From: Promethearchaeota archaeon
GTDB lineage: Archaea; Asgardarchaeota; Lokiarchaeia; Sigyniarchaeales; SOKP01
Direction of reading: 5' to 3'
DNA length: 64,000 nt
Assembly: GCA_019057865.1 (NCBI GenBank)
Contig: JAHLWP010000003.1
Coordinates: 96,001 to 160,000 of the forward strand
Part shown: positions 18,789 through 29,004 of the stretch, in pieces
Numbering within the stretch: the first letter of the stretch is position 1
Layout of the letters: every line of letters begins with the position of its first letter
The notes under the pieces: model-generated
What the model was told of the DNA's origin: nothing
The model's database searches: none
The model's input: the letters and a program-made list of their open reading frames with translations, nothing else
Translations under genes and position numbers: made by a program

Positions 18789-20507
18789 ATGAAAATTGCT
18801 AGAATTAATGTTAACACAGAATCAATTGAATTCGAAGAAATAACGAAAGATACAAAATTTTACTTATTGGGAGCAAGAGGATTAACTTCTCAAATTATTC
18901 ATGATGAAGTTCCACCTTTATGTGATCCCTTAAGTGAAAAAAATAAATTGATCATATCGAATGGTTTGCTCACTGGAAGCCCTTTTCCTAATTCTGGTCG
19001 TACATCTATAGGAGCAAAAAGTCCTCTTACTAATGGTATAAAAGAAGCAAATGTTGGAGGGCGTCCCTCAATGATGTTAGCCTCTCATGGAATTAGAGCT
19101 TTAGTTTTAGATGAAATATCCGCTAACTTAAAATTAATTTTAATAGATGATGATGGTATAAAATTCAAATCTGCTAATAAATATAAGGGATTAGGAAATT
19201 ATAAATTGCATTCTAAATTAAGAGAAAAATACGGAGAAAGAATTGGAATTTATTCTATTGGACCTGCTGGAGAACAAATGATGAGGGCTGCTAGTATTGC
19301 TGCAAATGATTTAGAAGGTTATCCAAGCCGACAAGCAGCGAGAGGTGGTTTAGGTGCGGTAATGGGATCTAAAAGAATTAAAGCCATTATTATTTTTCCA
19401 GCAAAAGGTTCAAAAGTTAAGATACACGATATTAAAAAATTCAGAGAAATATCAAAACCATTTGCTCAAAATTTAGCAGAATCGAGAAAAACTTTTTCGA
19501 TTTATGGTACTCCATTAATGACAAAAGCAATGAGTGTACATGGAGGTTTACCTACCAAGAATTTTCGAATGGGTTCATTTGATGGGGTAGATGATATATC
19601 TGGAGAAAGACTACATGAGTTAGTTATAGCCAGAAATGGGAAAAAAAGAGTTTCGTGTAGCCCAACGTGTGTAATTAAATGCTCAAACATCATTGTTGAT
19701 GAGAATGGAAATCATATTACATCTAGTTTAGAATATGAAACAATAGCTCTAAATGGTTCTAACTTGATGATAGACAATCTTGATCATTTAGCAAAAATTG
19801 ATCATTTATGTGATGACATTGGTATTGATACGATTGAGTTCGGTGTAACCATGGGGGTAGCAATGGATAATGACAAAGTTAATTGGGGAGACGCTGATAA
19901 AGTTTTTGAAATACTAGAAGAAATAAGAAAAGGTTCCGAAATTGGACAACTATATGGAAATGGAGTTGTAAATTTAGGAAATAAAATCAATGCCATTCGA
20001 GTTCCTCAGGTTAAAGGACAAGGCATTTCAGGTTATGATCCAAGAGTTTTCAAAGGAATGAGTGTAACTTATGCAACTTCTCCTATGGGAGCCGATCATA
20101 CTTCTGGAGCAGCAATTGCAGGAAGAGTTGCCAGTCAAGTTAAAGATTATGGTGAATTAACTGAGAATGAGGGAAAATTAGAATTATCTTATGAATTGCA
20201 AGTTTATACAACGGTTTTAGATTCAATGGGTTGTTGTTATTTCATTGGACCTAGTTATGAAAATATGAATATAGTAACAGGAGCTATTAATGCTATGTAT
20301 AGTTTGAATTTAAGTAGAGAAGATGTTATAGACATAGGGAAACAAATTTTAAGAACAGAGCTTGAGTTTAACAACAAGGCAGGTTTAACACAGGAAACAA
20401 ATGAACTTCCTTCATTTTTTAGGGAAGAACCCTCTGAGCCATTGCAATTAAAAGTATCGTTTCCAAAAGAGGAATTTAAAAATTTCTGGAAAAAATTAGA
20501 TGAATAA
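18789..20507 (+). CDS. aor: Tungsten-dependent aldehyde:ferredoxin oxidoreductase family protein
   Basis: KSPLTNGIKEANVGG, IGPAGE, RGGLGAVMGSK, CSPTCVIKC, EYET, CDDIGIDTIE, YDPR and GADH motifs. Confidence 0.9.
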   Translation: MKIARINVNTESIEFEEITKDTKFYLLGARGLTSQIIHDEVPPLCDPLSEKNKLIISNGLLTGSPFPNSGRTSIGAKSPLTNGIKEANVGGRPSMMLASHGIRALVLDEISANLKLILIDDDGIKFKSANKYKGLGNYKLHSKLREKYGERIGIYSIGPAGEQMMRAASIAANDLEGYPSRQAARGGLGAVMGSKRIKAIIIFPAKGSKVKIHDIKKFREISKPFAQNLAESRKTFSIYGTPLMTKAMSVHGGLPTKNFRMGSFDGVDDISGERLHELVIARNGKKRVSCSPTCVIKCSNIIVDENGNHITSSLEYETIALNGSNLMIDNLDHLAKIDHLCDDIGIDTIEFGVTMGVAMDNDKVNWGDADKVFEILEEIRKGSEIGQLYGNGVVNLGNKINAIRVPQVKGQGISGYDPRVFKGMSVTYATSPMGADHTSGAAIAGRVASQVKDYGELTENEGKLELSYELQVYTTVLDSMGCCYFIGPSYENMNIVTGAINAMYSLNLSREDVIDIGKQILRTELEFNNKAGLTQETNELPSFFREEPSEPLQLKVSFPKEEFKNFWKKLDE

Positions 20508-21056
20508 TTAAATATAGGTTAATAAACCCTTTTTTTTCATATTTAATTCTGAAATAATAATAAATACTATTCCTGTAGTTATAAAAATTAATGGGATTAG
20601 AGTATAATAATAAATAATTAATAATTTAATTCCATAAATTAGAGATAATAAAACATAACCAACTCCACTAAAAAAGAAAATCACTTTTTCTTTTTTATAA
20701 AGACTAAGACAGAAATGCCAGCATACAATAATGAGAAGATTTGAAATTACTTTAGAAATAAATGCAAAAAAAACAGAATTGGTAGAGCTAAGAAGGAATG
20801 CTATTATAATTAAAAATATAGAAAAGCATGATAAGACTAGAAATATCTGAAAAAAATGGTCTACAAAAAAGTTTTTTTCTAATTTTAAGAAAAACGAAAG
20901 GAAAAACCATGATATTTCAATTAAAATCAAAAGAATGCTTATTAAAGGGTCACCTACAACAAGAATATCTAAAAAAATGGAAATTGTAAAACCAATTAAA
21001 ATTAGCATCATACCAATTATCCGAAATAGGCTCTCTCTTTTTGCTTGAATACCCAT
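20508..21056 (-). CDS. Hypothetical membrane protein (about 6 TM)
   Basis: Multiple hydrophobic helices; convergent with and abutting aor. Confidence 0.65.
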   Translation of the reverse strand: MGIQAKRESLFRIIGMMLILIGFTISIFLDILVVGDPLISILLILIEISWFFLSFFLKLEKNFFVDHFFQIFLVLSCFSIFLIIIAFLLSSTNSVFFAFISKVISNLLIIVCWHFCLSLYKKEKVIFFFSGVGYVLLSLIYGIKLLIIYYYTLIPLIFITTGIVFIIISELNMKKKGLLTYI

Positions 21057-21235
21057 TTTTTTAAATAATTCTATTTTTTAAAATTTTTCTTTTAATTTTA
21101 TATAAAACGTTATTCGATGTAAATTAATTGATAGCTTTATTAATTTTGAAAGCTATTTTGAATTATTATTATAAATGATTCTTTTATGCTTTATCCTTAA
21201 AAGGCAATAAGGGATGAATATATTTTAAAGAGTAA

Positions 21236-22621
21236 ATGTTGGTACTTATGGATAAAGAAAAAGTTTTGAAGGATTTAGAAGATATTGTTGGCAAGGATTT
21301 TGTTTCAAATAAAGCTGAGGATCTTTATATATATTCTCAAGATCCTGGAGCTTCATTACCAAGACCAGTTGATTTTGTCGTAATATCAAGTACCGTAGAT
21401 GAAATCCAAAAACTAGTTCGATTAGCTAATGAACATAAAATTCCTTTAGTCCCTTTAGGAGGAGGATTAACTCTTAGCGGTTTAGTGATCCCTGTAAATG
21501 GTGGAATTGTAGTTGATATGAAAAGGATGAATAAAATCATAGAAATAAATGAATTAAGTAAATATGCCCTAATTGAAGCAGGAGTTACTTCAGGACAGTT
21601 GCTTTCACATCTAAATGAAAACTATCCAAATTTACAACCTCCCATTCCAGATGCGCCTCCCTCAGCCACTATTGCTGGAAATGTACTCATTCATGGTTCA
21701 GGATATTTATCTCAAAAGTATGGCGATCATGGAGCCATGATAAATGGTTTAGAAGTTGTTTTACCAGATGGTGAAGTCTGTAAACTTGGTTCCTGCGCAG
21801 TTTCTAAGTTTTGGTTTGCAAGAGGACCTATCCCAGATCTTATTGGTTTATTTATTAGTTCATTTGGTACTATGGGAATTATTACTAAACTCTCAATTCA
21901 ATTGTTTGATAAACCAAAATTTAGAGAAGTTGTTTTTGGTTTATTGAAAGATCCAAAAGATATCCCTAATATTCTCTTAAAAATTACTGAAACTGGCTTA
22001 GCTGAGGATGTTATACTTGGAATGCAAGACAAACCTGATTGGATGAAAGGTTATGTTTTTGTTATTGCTTATGTAACAGGTGAATCTCAAGAAGAGATAG
22101 ATTCTCATATCAAAAGCTTTAAACGTGTATATCGTAAAGCTAAAGCAAGATATATGAAGATTCCTGATAGAATTAGAACAGCTTATTTAGAAAAGCCAAT
22201 ATTTGCAGCAACAGCAGCAGATTATAGAAAAGGCGGTGGTTTTGAATACGTTGGAGCAAATATGCCTCTAGAAAATATTCCTGAAGCCTATAAGAGAGGT
22301 ACTGAAATCTCAAAAAAATATGGAATCATACCAACATTAGGATCAAGGCTGATTGGAGGAACTCACAATATTTTAATGTTTTTTTCTTATTCATTTAACC
22401 GTGCGGATCCTAAAGATATGGAAAATGCTAGAAATGCTTTACATGAAACTAATAAATTAGCTTTGGAGTTAGGAGGGATTCCTTGGAAAGCAGAATTAGC
22501 AGGACAACAATTAATTCTTGAAAAAATGGACCCTAACTATAAAAAATTGTTTAACACAATACGAAGCACTCTCGATCCAAATAGAATAATGAATCCAGGA
22601 AATTGGGAGGTGAATAAATAA
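21236..22621 (+). CDS. FAD-binding oxidoreductase, GlcD/D-lactate dehydrogenase-like (VAO/PCMH family)
   Basis: PLGGGLTLSG, DMKRMNKI, ATIAGN, GLEVVLPDG, GTMGIITK and LDPNRIMNPG motifs. Confidence 0.85.
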   Translation: MLVLMDKEKVLKDLEDIVGKDFVSNKAEDLYIYSQDPGASLPRPVDFVVISSTVDEIQKLVRLANEHKIPLVPLGGGLTLSGLVIPVNGGIVVDMKRMNKIIEINELSKYALIEAGVTSGQLLSHLNENYPNLQPPIPDAPPSATIAGNVLIHGSGYLSQKYGDHGAMINGLEVVLPDGEVCKLGSCAVSKFWFARGPIPDLIGLFISSFGTMGIITKLSIQLFDKPKFREVVFGLLKDPKDIPNILLKITETGLAEDVILGMQDKPDWMKGYVFVIAYVTGESQEEIDSHIKSFKRVYRKAKARYMKIPDRIRTAYLEKPIFAATAADYRKGGGFEYVGANMPLENIPEAYKRGTEISKKYGIIPTLGSRLIGGTHNILMFFSYSFNRADPKDMENARNALHETNKLALELGGIPWKAELAGQQLILEKMDPNYKKLFNTIRSTLDPNRIMNPGNWEVNK

Positions 22622-23793
22622 TTACAATAACAGAAAAACAAGATTGGAAAGACATTATTCATAGATGCTTTCGCTGTGGTTATTGTAAATTTACTCACGA
22701 TTATTCTGATTTTAATTGTCCAAGTTATAAAAAGTACAGGTTTGAAACTTATAGTACAGGAGGAAGATTGTGGCTTATTTATGGCATTATAAGTGGTGAG
22801 ATTCCTTGGAGTCAAGGACTCGCTAATGTGATTTATGCTTGTAGCACATGTGGCAATTGTATTGAGAATTGTAGATTCGAAAAATTTAATGATTTTCTAG
22901 TTGATATGATTGAGGCCGCTCGAGCTGAAGCAGTTAATAGTGGATTTTGTCCTGAGAGACAAAAAGCTCTATTAGAAAGAACTATAAATTCAGAAAAGTA
23001 TAATCCATATGATGAGCCTAATTCTGATAATGAACATCTAAAAAAAAAGTATAATTTACCTGATGAAGCAGAATGGGTTTATTTTATAGGATGTACCTCT
23101 AATTATCGTCAAAAAAATCTAAGGGATGCAACTCTAAGATTCCTTAAAAAAGCAAATATTAATTTCACATTGATCGATGAACATTGTTGTTGTAGTCCTA
23201 TAATACGAACAGGGCAAATAAGTCCCGTAAAAGATTTTATAAATTATAATATTGCTCAAATTAACAATACTGGAGCTAAAAAAGTAATTACTTCATGTGC
23301 TGGTTGTTATCGAACATTGAAAAAAGACTGGATAAAATTTGGAGCGGATTATGGTTTTGAAATATATCACACGGTTGAATTAGTTAAACAGTTATTAGAT
23401 GAAGAGAAATTAAAATTTAAATCTGAATATAAACAGACTCTTACTTATCATGATCCTTGTCATATAGGCAGACATATGGGATTATATGAGGTCCCTAGGG
23501 ATGTTTATAAACAAATTCCAGGAATTAACTTTGTTGAGATGAAAAGAAATAAAGAAAATGCATGGTGTTGTGGAGCGGGTGGTGGAGTCAAGATTGGATA
23601 TCCAGATTGGGCTCTTGAAATCTCAAAAGAAAGGCTTGAAGAAGCGAAAGAAACAGGAGCGACGGTAATATCATCAGTATGTCCCTTTTGTTCTACCAAT
23701 TTAAATGATTCCAATGATGAATTCAATATGGGTTTTGAAGTAATAGATTTAATAGAGATATTAGATAGGTTAGATTTTGAGATTATTGAGTAA
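22618..23793 (+). CDS. Fe-S oxidoreductase, GlcF/HdrD-like (two [4Fe-4S] motifs plus two CCG domains), probable non-canonical ATA/ATT start
   Basis: The frame of ORF 22768..23793 stays open upstream to 22618 and encodes CFRCGYC...NCP. Downstream are CSTCGNC, FIGC, EHCCC, SCAGC, YHDPCH, WCCGAGGG and CPFC. Confidence 0.85.
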   Translation: MITITEKQDWKDIIHRCFRCGYCKFTHDYSDFNCPSYKKYRFETYSTGGRLWLIYGIISGEIPWSQGLANVIYACSTCGNCIENCRFEKFNDFLVDMIEAARAEAVNSGFCPERQKALLERTINSEKYNPYDEPNSDNEHLKKKYNLPDEAEWVYFIGCTSNYRQKNLRDATLRFLKKANINFTLIDEHCCCSPIIRTGQISPVKDFINYNIAQINNTGAKKVITSCAGCYRTLKKDWIKFGADYGFEIYHTVELVKQLLDEEKLKFKSEYKQTLTYHDPCHIGRHMGLYEVPRDVYKQIPGINFVEMKRNKENAWCCGAGGGVKIGYPDWALEISKERLEEAKETGATVISSVCPFCSTNLNDSNDEFNMGFEVIDLIEILDRLDFEIIE

Positions 23794-23872
23794 TTATAGT
23801 AATTAAAATAGTTTTTTTTCTTAATTTTACCTATAATACAATCAATTTTTAATTTAATGATTATACTCTAAG

Positions 23873-24751
23873 GTGGTTTTTAAGTTGAGAATAGGAGCTC
23901 ATATGAGTGTTACAGGTGGCAAATATATGGCATTTGTAAGGGGTCAAGAACTCGGATGTGAGACAATTCAAGTTTTTGTTAGAAATGTTCGAGGTTGGGT
24001 CTCTAAACCTCTAGAACAAAATGATATTGATGATTTTGTCAAAAAAAAAGATGAATTAAAAAATGAGATTTGGCCAGTTATTTCACATAATAGTTATTTG
24101 ATAAATTTAGCAAGCATTGATGATGAGAAACTAGAAAAATCTTATATTGCTATGTTAGATGAACTTGTAAAAGTAAATCAATTAGGTATTGAATATGAAA
24201 ATATGCATCCTGGAGTTATTCCTATAAGTGATAAAAAAGAAATTTCTAAAAAGGAAGCATTAATTCAAATAGCTAATCAATTAAATAACTTAATAGATGA
24301 GACAAAAGATTCTAAAGTGAGAATTTTATTGGAAACGACTGCTGGCCAAGGTAAGGGATTAGGTAATAAATTTCATCACTTTAAAACTATCTTTGACAAT
24401 ATAAAGAATAAAGACAGAATAGGTATTTGCTTTGATACAGCACATTCATTTGCAGCTGGCTATGATTTCTCTTCTAAACAAAAATATAATGAAATGTGGG
24501 ATGAATTTGATGACATAATTGGATTGAAATACCTTTTTGCTTTTCACCTAAATGATACTGATAAAGAACTAGGCTCTAGAGTTGATCGGCATACGCATAT
24601 AGGACAAGGTAAAATTGGAAAAGAACCTTTTGGATTTTTTATCAATGATGATAGATTTGAAAATCATCCCGGAATTTTAGAAACTCCTAAAGGAAAAGAT
24701 ATGAAAGATGATATTATGAACCTAACGATTCTTAAATCTTTAAGAAAATAA
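23873..24751 (+). CDS. nfo: Endonuclease IV (AP endonuclease family 2)
   Basis: GAHMS, HNSYLINL, HPG, LLETTAGQG, CFDTAH, HLND, DRH and ILETP motifs. Confidence 0.93.
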   Translation: MVFKLRIGAHMSVTGGKYMAFVRGQELGCETIQVFVRNVRGWVSKPLEQNDIDDFVKKKDELKNEIWPVISHNSYLINLASIDDEKLEKSYIAMLDELVKVNQLGIEYENMHPGVIPISDKKEISKKEALIQIANQLNNLIDETKDSKVRILLETTAGQGKGLGNKFHHFKTIFDNIKNKDRIGICFDTAHSFAAGYDFSSKQKYNEMWDEFDDIIGLKYLFAFHLNDTDKELGSRVDRHTHIGQGKIGKEPFGFFINDDRFENHPGILETPKGKDMKDDIMNLTILKSLRK

Positions 24752-24754
24752 AAA

Positions 24755-25162
24755 TTATTCCTCAACATTAAACCAAACAGGGCTTTTATCATTAACAAGT
24801 CCATTATAATTCATTGTTAATTCTTCATCCTTAGAAATATCTCTTATTGTTATGAATTTTATAGAATCATTTTTATAATGATACTCATATCTAACATTAG
24901 GAGTATAAGAATGATTCATAAACTGACAGATACTCATAGCAAGAGCCATTTTGTATTTTGATTTATATTTTGGATTTTCCCATATAAAACAATAATTTGA
25001 AACGATAGTTTTATCAATTAGTTCATAATCTTTATTAGAAATTAAGATAACGTTAGCAACGTCAATAATAGTTTTTTTCTTAATTTGCTGTTTAGCAAAT
25101 AATCCTTTTCCTTTCTTAGTAGATATATATTTAACTTCTATTAAATTATTCATCGATTTCAA
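24755..25162 (-). CDS. SET-domain protein-lysine methyltransferase (minimal, no post-SET Cys)
   Basis: KGKGLFA, FMNHSYTPNV and RDISKDEELTMNY motifs. Confidence 0.88.
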   Translation of the reverse strand: MKSMNNLIEVKYISTKKGKGLFAKQQIKKKTIIDVANVILISNKDYELIDKTIVSNYCFIWENPKYKSKYKMALAMSICQFMNHSYTPNVRYEYHYKNDSIKFITIRDISKDEELTMNYNGLVNDKSPVWFNVEE

Positions 25163-25245
25163 CTAATTATTTAAATGTACAATTATATACTTAAGTTTTT
25201 ATTATTTAAATTGAAGATATAATACATATGAGTTTGACTTCGCAT

Positions 25246-25833
25246 TTATTCAATTGAAGCATGACGTTTATCAATATCATTTTCAGAAACGTTTAAAACA
25301 TTCATTAAAACACTTCCAATTGCATCTAAAACCGATAATGTAGAAATGTCAAATAAGCTTGTATAGGGAGCAAGAGATTCCTTAGTTATTGCTACATCTT
25401 TACTCTTTCCTATAACTTCTATAACTATATCACTTAATTTTCCAATTGAACTATCGGGTTTTGTAGTAAATAATATAATTTTTCCACCAATTTCATTAGC
25501 ATTTTTTGCTATTGCGACGGGGGATGCTGTCTCTCCGCTGCCACTAATTATAATAAGGAGATCTTTTTTAGTATAACGAGGTGTAACGGCATCAGAAATA
25601 AAGCAAGAATTAATATCTAAATGCATTAATCTTTGAGCAAAACAACGCCCTATAAAACCAGATCTCCCTGCCCCATAAACAAATACCTTATTATTTTCAG
25701 ATTTTATTGTAAAAATGAGATTAACTAATTTCAATATCTTATCAAAATCAATCGTATCGGAATTTATATTGATTTGATTGCCAATTTCAAGTAAGGTTTT
25801 TTTGAATCTATCATAGATCTTATTCTTTTCCAT
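25246..25833 (-). CDS. hxlB: 6-phospho-3-hexuloisomerase (SIS domain)
   Basis: VYGAGRSG, FAQRLMHL, ISGSGET, LAPYTSLFD and RHASIE motifs. Start moved to the ATG at 25833 to avoid overlap. Confidence 0.8.
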   Translation of the reverse strand: MEKNKIYDRFKKTLLEIGNQININSDTIDFDKILKLVNLIFTIKSENNKVFVYGAGRSGFIGRCFAQRLMHLDINSCFISDAVTPRYTKKDLLIIISGSGETASPVAIAKNANEIGGKIILFTTKPDSSIGKLSDIVIEVIGKSKDVAITKESLAPYTSLFDISTLSVLDAIGSVLMNVLNVSENDIDKRHASIE

Positions 25834-25852
25834 GTTCCATCTCATCGAAATT

Positions 25853-27097
25853 TTATTCCTCTTGAAATATTTCTGGATGTACACATCTTCTCCATTCTTC
25901 TACAGTCTCTTTAGGACCTAGACCAATAAGTAAATCACCTTTATGAAAAAAGAAATCCGGTTTAAAACTGTAAATCCATTTATTTTCTCTTTTTAAGGCT
26001 ATAATATGGAATCCTTTTTTATAGCGCTTATCTTGAAGTTCCTTATATGTTTTTCCTTTAAAGTAAGAATCTTCTGATAACGTTTCCCTTACTACTATTT
26101 CTGGTGTCTCCTTAATTGCCTTTTGGAGGATTATGTGAGGTTCAAATCCTTTTAATATATTTTCTGCTATATGAGCTGCAGCATCAGCTATTTGTTCACA
26201 TGAGAACACTATCCTCATTATGCCAGTGAGAGATCTTGGAGAATCGAGCGTATGGGCAAAATCTAGTAAATCTTTTTCAAAGGTAATGTTAAGACCATCC
26301 ATTAATTCTTCCATTTCTAAAACATCTTCTGCAACTTCATAACTCTTAAAAAAAAGAGCTGCTAAAGCCAGTTCAATCATAGTTTCAGAAATATCTGTTA
26401 TATAAATATAATCTTTTTTTAAATCTTGAAGAGTATTAAAAATTTCAGGATTTTGAAGATCAAATTCAGGTTCTTTTTCTTGATTATCTAAATTGAAAGA
26501 GAATTCTTCCTCATCTTTAGCTATTTTTTTAAGTTCTCTAATCGGCTCAAGTTCTCCTTTTACGATTAAAGTATCATCTCTTAAGACTTTTTCATTTCTA
26601 TTAAATAACCAATTGTTTTTTCTCCTGATTGCTATTAAATCAACTCCATGCTTAGACCTAAAATGAACTTCTCTACGATATTCATCAATAAATTCACAAC
26701 CCTGTCTTACTGTAATTTTTACTATGGGTTCTGGAACTTCGTCCCAAAATAACTGTGTAAATTCACTTATATCGCTGTTAATATATACAACTCTAGCAAT
26801 ATCTGCAAGAGCATCTGAAATTTTATCGATAGAATATCCCATCACCACAATTGGCTCTAATTTTTTAGCTTCTTTAAATCCTCCAGCTTGGGTTTGAATT
26901 ATTTGTAAGTTTAGAAGGAATATTAATTCATGGATATGTTTTTCTATTTTGGAAGCCTCATCAGCTATTTCTTTGCTACTGAACTTTATTGCGCTATAAG
27001 CTAAGTCTATCATTAAGTCTATGCTCTGTTTCATTTCTTTAAGAATATCTTTCAACGAAAGGGGCTTATACTTAAACTTTCTTTTTTTCTCTGGCAT
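25853..27097 (-). CDS. Tandem PhoU-like/TrkA-C (RCK_C) regulatory protein, COG3273-like, internally duplicated
   Basis: Two repeats of M(I)DLAYSA / MIELALAA ... (D/E)xI(S/A)DA..xIA ... IA(I/L)(R/K)R..(N/K)W. Confidence 0.8.
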   Translation of the reverse strand: MPEKKRKFKYKPLSLKDILKEMKQSIDLMIDLAYSAIKFSSKEIADEASKIEKHIHELIFLLNLQIIQTQAGGFKEAKKLEPIVVMGYSIDKISDALADIARVVYINSDISEFTQLFWDEVPEPIVKITVRQGCEFIDEYRREVHFRSKHGVDLIAIRRKNNWLFNRNEKVLRDDTLIVKGELEPIRELKKIAKDEEEFSFNLDNQEKEPEFDLQNPEIFNTLQDLKKDYIYITDISETMIELALAALFFKSYEVAEDVLEMEELMDGLNITFEKDLLDFAHTLDSPRSLTGIMRIVFSCEQIADAAAHIAENILKGFEPHIILQKAIKETPEIVVRETLSEDSYFKGKTYKELQDKRYKKGFHIIALKRENKWIYSFKPDFFFHKGDLLIGLGPKETVEEWRRCVHPEIFQEE

Positions 27098-27127
27098 TGG
27101 TTTACTTTTTTTACTCCTATCTTTATT

Positions 27128-27679
27128 TTAAATAAATATTTGGATAAATATAATAAGAAATAATGGTGTTAAAAAATCTGCGAGTGAAGTTACAAAAGGG
27201 ATTAAAAAATTGTTTGGATCTTTTCCTTGTTTAAAAATGAAAATTGCACTAATAAATAGAAAAATAAACATTGATACAAAAAGTAATAGAACTGTAATTA
27301 ATAAAATGATAATGATTAAAAAGGGATTAACAATTTCTATTCCAGTAGCTATTCCCATACTATATCCTAGAACAATTAATGCAATTAGACTTATTAAAAT
27401 TGTTATTAAGAGTCCATAAAAATCTTCTTTTAATCTATCAGATTTCTGAATTTTTGGTGGTATAGTTCCTATATATAGATGCGAAGTTAAGCGAGAACTT
27501 AGAACTGTGGAAATATCTCCAGTTAAGGAGTTTAAAGATGGTAAAATTAAAAGTATAATTGGAAAACTGTATAAAATTCTCTCATTACTAGATAATACTG
27601 TTCCAGAGATTAAACCCATAAATGAAGATAATATCACAATTATGATTGATTCTTTAAAGATTTTCTTGAAATATTCCAT
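27128..27679 (-). CDS. MgtE/SLC41-type divalent cation transporter, membrane half 2
   Basis: LP...G.ISTVLSSRLTSHLYIG and GKDPNNFLIPFVTSLAD motifs. Confidence 0.82.
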   Translation of the reverse strand: MEYFKKIFKESIIIVILSSFMGLISGTVLSSNERILYSFPIILLILPSLNSLTGDISTVLSSRLTSHLYIGTIPPKIQKSDRLKEDFYGLLITILISLIALIVLGYSMGIATGIEIVNPFLIIIILLITVLLLFVSMFIFLFISAIFIFKQGKDPNNFLIPFVTSLADFLTPLFLIIFIQIFI

Positions 27680-28234
27680 TTAGGGAACCCCCAACATTAT
27701 TAAAGATAAATAAAAACTAATAACTGTGAAAAAATCGTCAATCGCAGTCATTATAGGATTTACAACATTATTAGGATTTAATCTATATTTAAAAGCTAAA
27801 TAATTTAAGCTAGTCGAGCAAGGGATTGATACAGATATCGTAATTATTATAGATATAATTGGAATTTCAATAAGCATTAAATTTGATAGAATAGGGATTT
27901 TTATCAAAAATATATTTAAAACTATACTAAAAACACCAATAATGAAAGCTGTTACTATGGACAAAACATAAGTAGCGAGTATATTTTCAATCACCGATTT
28001 TCTATTAAACTCTCCAATAATTAGATCTCTTGAGGTTCTTGCTATATATGGTCCACTTATGTTTCCTCTTAATGATAATAATGCAGGAACTATTAATATT
28101 AAGATTAGAAAACTCTCAAATGGAACTATTAAAAGTGAAAGAACAATCCCCGCAAGGATATCTCCCACGATAGAAATGATTTCTGATGGGACTGTTTCTT
28201 TAACGATCTTTCCTTTACTATCTTGAGATTCCAT
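27680..28234 (-). CDS. MgtE/SLC41-type divalent cation transporter, membrane half 1
   Basis: VPALLSLRGNISG...RTS.DL..G and LNPNNVVNPIMTAIDD motifs. Confidence 0.8.
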   Translation of the reverse strand: MESQDSKGKIVKETVPSEIISIVGDILAGIVLSLLIVPFESFLILILIVPALLSLRGNISGPYIARTSRDLIIGEFNRKSVIENILATYVLSIVTAFIIGVFSIVLNIFLIKIPILSNLMLIEIPIISIIITISVSIPCSTSLNYLAFKYRLNPNNVVNPIMTAIDDFFTVISFYLSLIMLGVP

Positions 28235-28329
28235 ATGCCATCCTCATCAGAATCCATTGCCTTGACAATAATATTTCCATTCATAATTATTTAAATTTTC
28301 TAATTATTAAAAATATTAAAAGATTCCTA

Positions 28330-28363
28330 AAAAAGGTTAATTAGTTAATTATTTAACCTTTTT
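28330..28363. repeat. 11-bp perfect inverted repeat AAAAAGGTTAA-N12-TTAACCTTTTT upstream of the MgtE operon
   Basis: Read directly; could be an operator or terminator. Confidence 0.5.
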
Positions 28364-28503
28364 CTTAATCTAAATATTTATTTAGCACTAACATGACCAT
28401 AAATTTATTCAAAATCTAAATAAATAATTTTTCATAAGAAAATCTTTTAATACAATTAGTCATACCTAAGAAAAAGAAAAAAAATTAATTAAATTCTAAG
28501 GAC

Positions 28504-29004
28504 TTATTTACGTTTCCTCTTGATTATTAGTGCTGAAATTATAATTATTCCTATTATAAAGATTAATACGTTATATCCTGGAATGATAGGCTCTTCTTCC
28601 GCTCCTACTGATATATAAGATATTGCGGATATTACTCCCCAAGGCCAAGCGGGAGTTTCAATTGTAAATGAGTTTGTACTGTAATTATAAATGATAGTAA
28701 CATAAAAGTCAGGAGGAACTTCGTCCCATTCTAATGTTCCACTCATATTATAGGCATAAAATCGGAGTTCAATATTATTAAGATCGATAGATGATGGAAG
28801 TGTCATTGTCATCGTTATATTGCCATCAATTAATGCATAATGAGTAATAAGTTGATCAAAATAAGCTAGTGGTGTACCCTCAGGTAGAGATACATTAACA
28901 GGATTCATTGACAAGAAATTATAGATATATTCTGGTGTAGCTCCTCCGATAGATACATCAAGTTCAACAGTGACAGTCATATCTGTTATGAAATCACTAT
29001 TCAT
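28504..29004 (-). CDS. Loki-CTERM-type surface protein, apparently a C-terminal fragment
   Basis: C-terminus EEEPIIPGY, then a TM helix, then KRKRK. No signal peptide; the frame closes at a stop at 29056-29058. Confidence 0.7.
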   Translation of the reverse strand: MNSDFITDMTVTVELDVSIGGATPEYIYNFLSMNPVNVSLPEGTPLAYFDQLITHYALIDGNITMTMTLPSSIDLNNIELRFYAYNMSGTLEWDEVPPDFYVTIIYNYSTNSFTIETPAWPWGVISAISYISVGAEEEPIIPGYNVLIFIIGIIIISALIIKRKRK

